A stretch of 64,000 nucleotides of DNA from Octopus sinensis. Lineage: Eukaryota. Shown piece by piece: positions 52,058 to 64,000 of this stretch (positions within the stretch are counted from its first letter, which is position 1; each line of letters opens with the position of its first letter). Under the pieces are notes generated by a model that worked only from the letters and a program-made list of their open reading frames with translations, did no database searches and was not told where the DNA came from. The position numbers and the translations under genes are program-made. The stretch lies in assembly GCF_006345805.1 (NCBI RefSeq), contig NC_043001.1:97898001-97962000 (forward strand), given 5' to 3'.

Positions 52058-52470
52058 TCTTTATTGCCCACAAGGAGCTAAACATAGAGGGGACAAACAA
52101 GGACAGACAAACGGATTAAGTCGATTACATTTACCCCAGAGCGAAACTGGTACTTTATTTATCGACCCCGAAAGGATGAAAGGCAAAGTCGACCTCGGCG
52201 GAATTTGAACTGATAACGTAAGGACAGACGATAAACCTATTTCTTTACTACCCACAAGGGGCTAAACATAGACGGGACAAACAAGGACAGACAAACGGAT
52301 TAAGTTGATTACATTGACCCCAGTGCGAAACTAGTACTTAATTTATCGACCCCGAAAGGATGAAAGGCAAAGTCGACCTGGGCGGAATTTGAACTCAGAA
52401 CGTAACGGCAGACGAAATACCGCTACGCATTTCGCCCGGCGCGCTAACGTGTATGCCAGCTCACCACTTA
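52058..52470 (-). mobile_element. SINE family A, tandem dimer
   Basis: Same structure as 49035-49460. Confidence 0.9.
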
Positions 52471-55219
52471 TTTGTATGAATTTATGTAACACCACCACAA
52501 CAATTTTTCGGAAGGGGAACACTCGAAATAATTGTCAGCTCAGGGTATTAAGTATAGTTTTATATAAGTAAGAAAGGTTACAATTTTGTGAGATACACCG
52601 AGACGGAATGTTTTGTGTGGACTATGAAGTCGACATACGATAAAAATAACTAAATAATTATAAGAATCTATCACATATAATGTATGTAAAGGCTTCGCCA
52701 TCAGAACGTTTGCAAATATTGACTAGCAAAGTAGTGTTACTCAGAAAAAGGTATTAAACCTGGCTTTTAACCTATTCACTGGTTAAAACCTATTTACTGA
52801 ATGCAAAAGCTTCGTAGTAGAAGGATAGGTTGATAGTTCGTATACATTTGTCAACTTTCTTCTTGTGTCAATGTCAGGAAAATTATCAAACACCCAATAA
52901 ATTTATGGTGAAACTGTTGCCTACAGCGGTGAGCGTTTTTCACTTTATTGATTATTTACATCTTTTAGAGTTGGGTCGTTGGAGGTTTAATGTGTTAGTC
53001 GTGGACACAGTGCAGTGACGTTGATGATAACACAAATGTCTACCCTTTGATCGTTGGAGTGTTATACCTTATTGATTCGGTCAGCTGATGCTCTTATATC
53101 GATCGCGACATAGGCGTATAGTAAATGCAAGTACAAAATATATTGGTTCATAATCCAATCAATCATTGCCATCTCAAGTAAAAACACATCCTAGAAATAG
53201 ACAATTTAATTCGATGGATATTTCTAAGTTCCTTTCAAGTTATTCTAATACAGAACATACTTATTTAACCCCGGTTACTATCAATAAGCTAATATCAAGT
53301 TTTATTGACAAGAAATATACATTATAAGAACATACATTATAAATGTTATATGAAGAGATCGTAAAACTGAAGTAGTACGAAATAACTTCACTACGTAACC
53401 CATTCGCGGCGTTACTGAGTGTACCTGTTTTATTGCAATACTACACAGTGGCTGTGTGAGCTACAAAATCCTCGTCGCCACTGTTATATCGCACGTTCCG
53501 ATGACCTCTACTCAACTTACGACGTCTAGACTTCTTCTATATCTACATAATGGGCTAGCCTACTTCATCGTCTGGGGGCGTCCATACAACGGTACCTGAC
53601 AAAGAAGTATAAACCTCGCATACTAATTAACCCCCCTAAAACTAGCTTCTGTAGGACAGGATATAATTCGTTGTAAATTAGAGTGATGCTTAGAAACCAA
53701 TTTTACGGTGCTAAAAATGCCGTTTGTTCCAAAAATGAAGACTTGTCATGAGTTTACTAAATCCAACTAAAACCATAAAAAATATACTCGCTTTACCAGT
53801 GGATTAAATGTTACGAGCACTTGAAGAATATAGAACATTAGCTTGGCAGATCTTGTGCACTTAGTGGCCAAGATGTTCCTGGATATTTGGGATTCTTTCA
53901 TTGATAGGAAACTCTTCATATTTTCACGTATTTTTGATACTGTGTATATACTTATTTCATCTCCCGCTCCACTCCAATTCTTCTCATGTTTTCATGTAAA
54001 TTTTTCACACAAATAGTAAACTTCCCTTATATTACTCTTGTTTGTTGCCCTGTTTTTGAAAAGATATTACTGTTGTTTCTGGTGATAAGGATGTTCATGT
54101 CATTTTGTGCCGCAGACTGTTATAGGTTGAAGAGTAGTAATATACTAATTCATGACCCTCTCCACTGTTGGATCACATCTATGTACAGACAAGTTTGACT
54201 TTCGTCAGAAAGAAAAGGATAGAGTCGATTGCAACGATTCCAGCAAATCCTGGAACCTGTTAGATCGATCTGAGATGAGGAAAAACAGGATTCTTCAATG
54301 GAGAATAAACATAAGCATTGTAAAAAAAAAATGTGTATCTTACTTATTCTTTCTAGCGTGACAATCCCACCACATGTTCACACATACATACACACACACG
54401 CATACACAAATAAACACACAAGCTCACATACACATAAACACATGCGTATACAATCATTTTAAACAAACAATAATACTGAGGCAAAATACTCACACATTGT
54501 CAATCACAATGAAATCTGCAAACCAAATTTGACCCAACACCAGAACAGCCATTGTCAGTTATGAAAACAGAGCAAAGAAAATAAAGCGTATCATTCTAAA
54601 TTCTCGTTTCCTCCATGTTGTAAGGCAGGAATTTCATCACAGGTCTTTTGAGCACTGTACAAGAAACAATTTTATATTTGATTATATAATCAGAGGAGCA
54701 GTTGCAGCGAAAGGTTATCAGTAACTGCCAGTTTATATCATATAAAATACTATTGTTTGGACTGAGTATCGAGCATTTCGTAATTTAAATACTGGCCTCC
54801 CATGACATTACAAAAAATAAAAAAAAAACTATATTCTCGTTCTCTCTTTCTAAAACTCACTTCCATTTCTTTCTCTCTTTCGGCATAAGGACATACACAC
54901 ACATAGACCACGCATGCATACACACATATATACATACATCCACACACGGGGATATACACAAATATTTTTGTATAACTTATATAACGATGAACCTCGAAGT
55001 AGCTAGATATAAATAGTTGTGCGTAGAATATCAGGTTAAGAAACCGAATATTAGGTTAAAATGTCGAAGGAAGCCTTCGAAATTTTCTTTCCAAGAGGGC
55101 TTTTAAAACAATGAACATTATTATTTATTGATTTATTGTTTTATCTTCTCTGAAATCGACCGTTAAATGAATTATATTTTTTGTATATTTCGAAATTTCT
55201 ATCTGCTTATTATATAATA

Positions 55220-55365
55220 CGCATGGCTAGGTGGTTAGAGCGTCGAGCTTACGATCGTGTGGTTGTGAGCTCGAATCCCGGACCGTGCTGCATGTTGTGT
55301 TCTTGAGCAAGACACTTCATTTCATGTTGCTCCAGTTCACTCAGGTGTAGAAATGAGTTGCGAGG
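55220..55365 (+). mobile_element. SINE family C head plus CORE-like segment (3'-truncated)
   Basis: tggctaggtggttagag..ctcgaatccc..tgtgttcttgagcaagacacttcatttc..gtagaaatgagt. Confidence 0.75.
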
Positions 55366-55372
55366 TCTACCT

Positions 55373-55403
<31 letters not shown>

Positions 55404-55847
55404 CATACATATATATATATATATACATACACATATATATGTGTGTGTGCTTGTAAGTGTGTGTGCGTTTAGGTATATATATATGTATATGTAATATGCT
55501 GCCGTTTATATTTCATACGCAGCTACATCTGTGAAACGCTCTCTTCGTCTGATATTAAGCGTGGATCACAAGGATTTCGGCATGACTACCTCTTTTATAT
55601 TAGTAGTGTAAAAAAAATGATAATGCCGAAAACCTTAAGTAGTAGACCAATTTCTCCCTTCGCAGAAGCCCTAGCGCAAGTTTGATGAAGCCAGGTATGC
55701 TAGAACCATGCGTTGCTAAGCGCTAAGTAATTGTTATAATTCATATATTTGGCCTACCACTCCAAAACGTCTGGCATATCTATATTAAAGAATGTTCTGT
55801 TTTATCCTGTACGTACTTTAATATATATATAAATATATATATATATA

Positions 55848-55884
<37 letters not shown>

Positions 55885-55947
55885 TATATAAATAAATATA
55901 TATATATATATAAATATATATACATACATATATATATATATATATAG

Positions 55948-56002
<55 letters not shown>

Positions 56003-56009
56003 TATATAT

Positions 56010-56028
56010 ATACCTACATACATATAGT

Positions 56029-56059
<31 letters not shown>

Positions 56060-56472
56060 GTATATAGGCGCAGGAGTGGCTGTGTGATAAGTAGCTTGTT
56101 TACCAAACACATGGTTCCAGGTTCAGTCCCACTGCGTAGCACCTTGGGCAAGTGTCTTCTACTATAGCCTTTGGCCGACCAAATCCTTGTGAGTGGATTT
56201 GGTAGACCGAAACTGTGTTTATGTCCCCGTTACTTAGCGGTTCGGCAAAAAGAGACCGATAGAATAAGTACTGGGCTTACAAAAGAATAAGTCCCGGGGT
56301 CGAGTTGCTCGATTAAAGGCAGTGCTCCAGCATAGCCGCAGTCAAATGACTGAAACAATTAAAAGAGTATATATATAGGTATAACGGTAGACCGAGATAT
56401 CCTCGATATTATTTCCTTTTAACTAAGAGCTGCTACGATATCCACTTGGACAATATATCCCTGTAAACACAC

Positions 56473-56519
<47 letters not shown>

Positions 56520-56975
56520 ACATACATATAGTTATATATATAAATATATATATATATATATGTATATAGGCGCAGGAGTGGCTGTGTGATAAGTAGCTTG
56601 TTTACCAAACACATGGTTCCAGGTTCAGTCCCACTGCGTAGCACCTTGGGCAAGTGTCTTCTACTATAGCCTTTGGCCGACCAAATCCTTGTGAGTGGAT
56701 TTGGTAGACCGAAACTGTGTTTATGTCCCCGTTACTTAGCGGTTCGGCAAAAAGAGACCGATAGAATAAGTACTGGGCTTACAAAAGAATAAGTCCCGGG
56801 GTCGAGTTGCTCGATTAAAGGCAGTGCTCCAGCATAGCCGCAGTCAAATGACTGAAACAATTAAAAGAGTATATATATAGGTATAACGGTAGACCGAGAT
56901 ATCCTCGATATTTATTTCCTTTTAACTAAGAGCTGCTACGATATCCACTTGGACAATATATCCCTGTAAACACAC

Positions 56976-57020
<45 letters not shown>
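56010..57020 (+). repeat. ~502-bp near-identical tandem duplication containing an internally deleted SINE-B
   Basis: SINE starts at 56067 and 56569; unique flank repeated; bounded by (TA)n. Confidence 0.92.
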
Positions 57021-57034
57021 TATATATATATGTA

Positions 57035-57240
57035 TTCTTTCATTCTTTTATTCTTTTACTTATTTCAGTTATTTGACTGTGGCTATGTTGGAGCACCACC
57101 ATTAGTCGAAATAATCGACACCCCCAGGATGTATTCTTTGGTAGCCTGTTACTTAATCTACCGGTTACATCCAAATCATTTGTCGAGAGATGGTGGGGGG
57201 GGGGGCAAACAGACAAAAACACACAAACGTATATTTCTAT
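57035..57240 (-). mobile_element. SINE family B, degenerate 3' part
   Basis: tttcagttatttgactgtggctatgttggagcacc. Confidence 0.7.
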
Positions 57241-57587
57241 GTATGTAGCTTATGTATAAATATTCTCTCATATATTTTTATATGCATGTCTGTCTATCTA
57301 TCCATCCACCCATCAATCTATCTATCTTTTCCTGTCTCTCTCTCTCTCACTCTCTCTACACACACACATATATATGTATATATATATATATATAATATAT
57401 ATATATATATAAAATTATAGATAACACCACTATTAGGCAAATGAAACAGTGAAAAGCATAAACCAAAACATAAAAATAAAATAATAATATAATATACAAA
57501 ATATATAAAAAATATAAAATTTAAAATTTACATCTATATATATATATATATATATATGTATACATACATGTTGCATATAGGTATATA

Positions 57588-57631
<44 letters not shown>

Positions 57632-58755
57632 TGTGTGTATGTGTGTACGTATGCATGTATATGTCTTCTATCATGTAACCTATTTATATTTCCATTTAAA
57701 ATATGAATTGAAATGCAATCATTGTAAAGTTCATTGGCATTTGTAAATATTATGACCACACCAGATATGAATTGAATTTTAAAATGTTTATTTTTATGCC
57801 TGGTGTTATTGTAATTCACGATAGAACTCGTGCTAAAGTTAGGGTGGAGGAACCGTGGAAAATTCTCATTGAGATAATTCAAAGTTTATCAATTTTAGAA
57901 AAGAATTTACACATAAAATCATTCATATGAGTTTATAAAAAGCAATCAATCATGTAATCGATTTGAAAGCATTGGATTGACGGGTATTCAGCTAAAAGCA
58001 TTTGATAACAATCACAAGAAATATAATTAGATTTTCTACTTTGAAAGCATCAATACACATTCTATATTGAAACTGCTAACTTCATAAATGTGGTTATCAA
58101 CAATTGTCAGGTGTAATTTATTAGGCAAACACACAACAGTTGTTATGCTGCGGTGAAATATTAAAATTGTATAGACACAGCGTAGAGTAGCGAGTGTAAG
58201 AGTTAAAATAAAATTAGAATGAGAGTCAGCGGAAGAAAAGGAAATAAAACTAAAAAAAATATATTTAAGAAAACAAGGAACACGACATATGATTTGATTG
58301 TGGTTAATTCTATTTAAAAGAGAATACCGATTTTTTTCCCACTTGAACAAAAGGATTTATCATCTATTATATGCGAAATGAATGGGACGAAACATAGCTT
58401 TATTAGCAGCTACTACTTCTATATATTGAACAATTATCAAAAGACTTCTCTGCCAAAAGAATTTATATAACAAAGGATTGGATAGGAAGAACAGAAAAAG
58501 AAATCCTTAAACAAGCTATTGGTTTTTTTCAATACTTGAAGTCATATATTTGAATGAACTCGTTGTTAATTAATATGAATAATTGACTGATAAGTCATAT
58601 CACAACACATATGAACAATTTAAACGGAAGAGATCTAAGAATCCGAGTAGAAACTGCATCAAGTAATCTGCAAATATGAGTGCCGTTGACTTGTCGGAAT
58701 ACCTCAATAGTTGTGCCCACTTTTTTTTTTAATTTTAGGTTACGGTAAAAAAATA

Positions 58756-58788
<33 letters not shown>

Positions 58789-58825
58789 CGTTATTGTTGT
58801 TGTTGTTGTTATTGTTATTGTTATT

Positions 58826-59383
58826 GAGTGAGAGAGCAGTGCATGTCATCAAAGTGACACTGGGGTAAATTATACGAAGCCCAGTATACCCATCATGACT
58901 ACCCGTGTGATAAGGGTACACCAGACACTTGCATCACAATCAAATGTGCGCTACAAGGTGATCTCATATTAAGATAAACAGCTCATGACCTTGCGGGTGT
59001 GACCCAGTTAGAAATTTCTTTTGGTCGAGTAGCCCATCCCGCTCAAAAGTTCCCCGAATAAGGATTGTTTAAGGACGTTGAACGAACCATCCATGTTTCC
59101 AAAGGTGAATTATCCAGACAGTCAAGAATTCCTTTCAACACACGGCTATGATGCTCTCCCACTACTTGTGCTCGTGGTCAGAGATGCACTTATCGTCAGC
59201 CACTAAGGGACATGCTCAACTGGTTAATGTCAAACAACTGACAAGCAAATCTGTGGTATTGAGCAGAATATCTGCTGTAGGCCATCTTTTATACCAAGAC
59301 AAAACAATATACATGATAACACGTCCAAACGGTTACGGTCAGAAGCCATGCGAGCCACTGTCTGGTACTGCATCAGGGCATTT
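58826..59383 (-). mobile_element. ~557-bp non-coding interspersed element flanked by (TAA)n on both sides
   Basis: No convincing ORF; fragments recur at 2445, 60715 and 61195; directly abuts the tail of the R4/Dong copy. Confidence 0.75.
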
Positions 59384-59389
59384 CATTAT

Positions 59390-60490
59390 TATTATTTTTT
59401 TTTTCTTCTTTCATATTTGCTTCCATTTCTTGCCGAGTGTCTTCCCGACTCCTAGGGCAAAGAAACTCATAGTATACATTGGTAGGCCATTAAACCAAAC
59501 TCAATAGTTCGTTCATTTTTTTTTTTTAAGTTAAATTAAAATACATGAGCAGCAACAGTTCTCACATCGACAATGCTCTTCTCAATACGTGTGATGTACC
59601 AGTTGAGACAATCTTTTGCACTTCTTGCAGGGATGGTAAGCCAGGGATCATTCTCATATAATTTTCGGTTCCCTTCTTGATCATTCCTAGTACTCCTACG
59701 ATCACTGGTATTGTAACCGCCTTGAGATGCCACATTTTCTCAATTTCAATGAGTAGGTCTTTATATTTTCTGAGCTTGTCAAACTCTTTCGCTGAGATAT
59801 TATGATCACAGGGGATGCTCATGTCGATCAATAAGCAAACTTTATTGTTTTGGTCTTTCACAACAATATCTGGTTTATTGGCCTTGATGGTTCGGTCTGT
59901 ATGTACTGGAAAGTCCCACAGAATGGTTACATTTTCTCCTTCAGTTACAGCCTCAGGGTGGTGATTTTACCACTTGTCGGCAGTTTTGATATTGTAATGC
60001 CGACTTATTAGCCAGTGGAGATATTGGCCAACTCTGTCATGTCTTAATTTATACTCCACTGGTGCTAAGACTTTACATCCAGAGATTAGGTGGTCCAATG
60101 TTTCAATCATGTCGTTGCAGAATCGGCATTTTGGGTCTGCTCCATTTTTCATCACATTATCCTGGTAGTTCCGGGTTAATAGACTTTGATCTTGAGCAGC
60201 CAGGATGAAACCTTCGCTCTCTGCTTTTAGCCCTGAGCTCCGTAGCCACTGATGGGTTTGCTTCTGGTCAACATCAGCTTGTTTGCTGCGGGTCACATAT
60301 TTGCCGTGCAGAGGTTTCTCCTCCCACCTATCAGCCAATTGCTCGTGCGCTTTTTTCATTGCCATCATTTTCACCTTCTTTGCAACAATAGTTGCCGTAC
60401 TTCCCTCGGGTTGTTCAGTTTGGGTATCCTGCACGAGATCAATAGCAAATTTTTTGCTTTCCTTTATCATAGAAGGAAGCTTCTTTCGTC
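59390..60490 (-). mobile_element. R4/Dong-clade retrotransposon, 5'-truncated (CCHC, REL endonuclease, 3'UTR), one in-frame stop
   Basis: CRFCNDMIETLDHLISGC, RHDRV, KPDIVV..LIDMSIP..KLRKY; ORFs 59967-60470 and 59562-59861 are in the same frame; (TAA)n at both ends. Confidence 0.92.
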
Positions 60491-60964
60491 TTATTATTAT
60501 TATTATTATATTATTATTATTATTATATTATTATTATTATTATATTATTATTATTTACTGTTAATCTGCATGTTTGTTACAATCACTTGCTGAGACACAC
60601 CCAGAGCGAGTGAAGGCTAAGAGAAACAGCTCTCGCTTTAAAATGCCATATCTTCTGTATTTCAGTTTCAATTTCCTTATATTTTCTTGATTTGTTAAAT
60701 TATATTAATCTTCCTCTCAACACATGGCTTATGATGCTCCCGCACTAGGGGATATGCTCAACTGGTTAAGATCAAGCAACTGACAAGCAAATCTATCATT
60801 AATGTAAAAAATAAATAACGCTGAAGCAAAGTTACACCAAATATATAGTGCGTGTGTTTTTATTGGCTAAACTGGCAAAATGACCCATCCTAAATACAAC
60901 AATATATGTTTCAACACACGATTTCTCATTAAAAATCTTGCAAAACAAATATATAAACGTAAAT

Positions 60965-61160
60965 TTGTTAAATTCCTTTACATATATATTTTTATCAGTG
61001 GAAACGCTGACGTCTATTAGTCTACAAGTATTTTCTTCCGCATCTTTAATGATTACGTCTGGTTTGTTAACCTGGATCGTTCTGTCGGTGTTGACTGGAA
61101 AATCCCAGAGGATAGTGACATTTTTACCTCTAATGACTGGTTTCAGAATTATATTCATAC
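60965..61160 (-). mobile_element. R4/Dong REL endonuclease fragment
   Basis: NVTILWDFPVNTDRTIQVNKPDVIIKD..LIDVSV..KEFNK. Confidence 0.8.
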
Positions 61161-61419
61161 CAGTAAGCAGGAGTGCTGATTTTGTATTGTTTATATACCA
61201 AGCCCAGTATACTCAACATCACTACCTGTCTGATAAGTGTACACCAGGCACATGCACGATAACGATGTGTGCACGACATGGTGATCTCATATCAAGATAA
61301 ACAGCGTATGAAGTTGCAGGTGGGGCCCAGTGAGAATTTTGTCCTTGTTTGTTCCCTCTGTGTTTAACCGCTTGTGGGCAATAAAGAAATAAGATTGCTT
61401 CTCAGAGAAACCCTTTGTG

Positions 61420-61421
61420 TA

Positions 61422-61514
<93 letters not shown>

Positions 61515-61535
61515 CTCTCTCTCTATATATATATA
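61420..61535. repeat. (TCTA)n-(TC)n-(TA)n microsatellite
   Basis: Directly visible. Confidence 0.95.
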
Positions 61536-61581
61536 TCCGAGCTATCACCCACCACCATCCACCACTATTACCCCACTGCAC

Positions 61582-62295
61582 ATGCCATTAAAAAGCAATC
61601 AAATAAACAAATCACCAAAACAATTAAAACCATCCACTCTCGCCTCAACATTTCTGCTTAATGCCCAAGGCATCAGCCCTTCCACCAATACACAAAAATG
61701 GAAGATAAGATTCCTGGAGGACTGGGTCGAGGCCCATCCAAACCACATCCCTTTCTTCGTCCTCACTGAAACCCATCTTAGTGACCTCCACTTGGAAGCC
61801 GAGGTGAAAGTTAAAAAATTCAAAACCATTCGTGCTGATCGTGCTGGCAGAAGAAAGGGTGGGACTGCCATTTATGTCCATGATTCATTCTCAACAGAAG
61901 CCATGAACATATTTTCCAATGGATACTGCGAAGCAGTCGCTGTATTCAGTCAAACCAACTTAACAGTAGTTGGGCTCTACAGACCACCCCAAACGCCCCT
62001 ACCATGCTTCAAGGAATGCCTCAACAGCATAAAGTGTTTCATTCAGCAGTGTCAACCTGACAACATTTTAATGATGGGAGACTTTAACCTTCCCGGGGTT
62101 GACTGGTCTACAAACAGTCTGCCGCCAGGTTCTTCTCTCTCGACCCCTGACAGGGAGGCAGTGGAATCGCTTCTTGACTTCATGGATGACTTCTTCTTGT
62201 CCCAACTGGTACTTGAACCAACGAGATGTTACAAAAACGTCTTAGACTTAATTTTCAGCAATCACTCTGATACTATCCACAATATTGCAGCGTAG
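61582..62295 (+). CDS. LINE ORF2 APE endonuclease domain (ends at a premature TAG)
   Basis: LNAQG, LTETHL, DRAGRRKGGTAIYV, YRPP, MGDFNLP, PTR..NVLDL. Confidence 0.85.
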   Translation: MPLKSNQINKSPKQLKPSTLASTFLLNAQGISPSTNTQKWKIRFLEDWVEAHPNHIPFFVLTETHLSDLHLEAEVKVKKFKTIRADRAGRRKGGTAIYVHDSFSTEAMNIFSNGYCEAVAVFSQTNLTVVGLYRPPQTPLPCFKECLNSIKCFIQQCQPDNILMMGDFNLPGVDWSTNSLPPGSSLSTPDREAVESLLDFMDDFFLSQLVLEPTRCYKNVLDLIFSNHSDTIHNIAA

Positions 62296-64000
62296 AAAAC
62301 CCTACTCTCCGACCATGACATGGTTCTCTGTGATCTGAGATTTCACTGGCCAAAATGCAAAACAAATGTCATCCCTCCTGTTCATCCATTTGACACTATG
62401 GATTTCCACAATGCAAACTGGGAAGCGATCAATAATGATCTTGCACAAGTCGATTGGTCCTTCACGCACACATACACACCCACTAACATCAAAAAGTCCT
62501 GGCAGTCACTTGTAGACACCATCACGAACATATGTGCAAGACACACCCCATTAAGATCTGCAAACAAATCTAAGTGTCGGATCCCTAGAAATAGAAAATC
62601 TCTCATAAGGAAAATTAAAAGAATCAACAAAAAGATCAACATGCTGAAATACTGTCAACAGCAACACACCAACCTGACTGCCATCTCGTCGCTAGAGATT
62701 AAAAAACATAAACTCCAAAACAACATGATGTCTATCATCAATAGTCAGCGAAGAGCTGAAGAGGCCTGGGCCATTGAGAAGATCAAACTCAATCCCAAAG
62801 TGTTCTTTTCATTTGCAAAACAACACAGAGTCACTGGTTCTACTGTTGGCCCTCTGATTGATGAAAATGGTACTCTTCAAGACAATGCCAGAACCATGGG
62901 AGAGATATTGCAGAAACAATATTGCTCTGTTTTCAGCAATCCTGATACGACTGATCTGGGCTGTATCAGTGATGTTGCTCCCCAATACACTTTATCGGAC
63001 ATAACATTTGGCGCTCCTGATGTCTTAGCAGCAATAAAGGAAATGAAGCATAATTCAGCAGTAGGGCCCGATAGGTTCCCTGCTTGTGTCTTGAAGATGT
63101 GTCAAAACCAACTTGCACCCCCTCTAGACAATCTGTGGCGGAACTCACTGGATGCTGGATATATACCAGAAGACCTTGTATCCCAGTCTGTTGTCCCAGT
63201 TTTCAAAAAAGGAAACAAATCGCTTGCCGTGAATTACCGTCCAATCTCACTCACCTCTCATATCATCAAGGTATTTGAGAGGGTGCTGAGATCGCGTATG
63301 ACTCACTTCCTTGAGAGTCATAATATGCTGAACCCCAACCAGCATGGATTCCGTAATGGGAGAGATTGCCTGACGCAGCTACTGCATCATTTTGATGACA
63401 TTTTTAGAGCCTTGGGAGAAGGTTCCAACACTGATGTCATCTACCTTGATTTCAGCAAGGCCTTTGACAGGGTTGATCATAAGATCCTTCTGAGAAAGCT
63501 GTCCAATATTGGTGTCACTGGAAAGCTGCTGCAGTGGATCAAGTGCTTCCTGTCTAACAGAACCCAACATGTTGTAGTCGAAGGAGTCAAATCCAGCCCA
63601 ACCAAAGTCAGCAGTGGTGTCCCACAAGGCACTGTGTTGGGCCCACTTCTCTTCATCATCTACATAAATGATATTACTGACACCATCAAACACAGTAACA
63701 TCAGAACCTTCGCTGATGATTCCAAGCTCCAGAAGGTCATCAATGGCGTGGTTGACCGAATAAACCTTCAGTTAGACCTACTGGCTGTTGTCCAATGGGC
63801 GGCAAAGAATAACATGTTGCTAAATGAAGACAAATTCGAACTGATCCACTTTGGAAGGGAGGACGCTCTGAAACTCCCATACTCTCTTCCTTCTGGAGAA
63901 ATTCTCATGGCATCCAACAACATCAGAGACCTGGGAGTAACAGTGGACAACAACATAAGCTGGGCTACACATATAAGCAGCAAAGTTGACATGGCCCGCA
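62296..64000 (+). CDS. LINE ORF2 continuation: linker and reverse transcriptase (open to the window end; absent from the ORF track)
   Basis: Manual translation: SDHDMV, NPKVFF, AVGPDRFP, NYRPISLTSHIIKVFER, QHGFRNGRDCLTQLL, YLDFSKAFDRVDH, GVPQGTVLGPLLF, FADDSK, RDLGV; no stops. Confidence 0.9.

Larger units (their letters stand above)
61537..64000 (+). mobile_element. Young CR1/L2-group LINE (APE + RT), running off the window end
   Basis: Continuous frame from about 61582 to 64000 with a single TAG at 62293-62295. Confidence 0.95.

Noticed and set aside
53520-53595. Minus-strand TVVWTPPDDEVG resembling a fibronectin type III motif
   Set aside because: All three frames between the splice-like sites contain stops, and the spacing does not match FN3.
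57433-58350. Two 100-150-aa minus-strand ORFs in unique AT-rich DNA
   Set aside because: No recognisable domain; the first runs into a microsatellite, and the opposite strand is similarly open.

Overview
AT-rich, microsatellite-dense animal genomic DNA. I infer a coleoid cephalopod, most likely Octopus, from the SINE families, the 5S sequence type and the (TA)n/(TACA)n/(AAT)n density. I recognise no host protein-coding gene, so the window looks intronic or intergenic. It is almost entirely mobile DNA: three CR1/L2-group LINE copies (7.55-10.5 kb minus, frameshifted; 21.1-22.6 kb minus, GC-rich with a (CTTAA)n tail; 61.5-64 kb plus, open apart from one stop), several R4/Dong-type RLE retroelement fragments tied to (TAA)n, an L1/Tx1 relic, mariner and Tc2-like relics, a non-autonomous Helitron, about 25 tRNA-derived SINE copies from at least 3-4 families, and a full-length 5S rRNA copy 8 nt upstream of a SINE. 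The most interesting signal is a set of unrelated long fold-back (palindromic) elements whose apex or arms carry hammerhead-ribozyme-like motifs with a palindromic helix III, the architecture known from Penelope-like elements. Other notable points are a LINE/SINE pair sharing a 3' stem-loop with compensatory changes, and a satellite built from a SINE head. All of this comes from manual reading; no searches or folding were run, and repeat boundaries are approximate.
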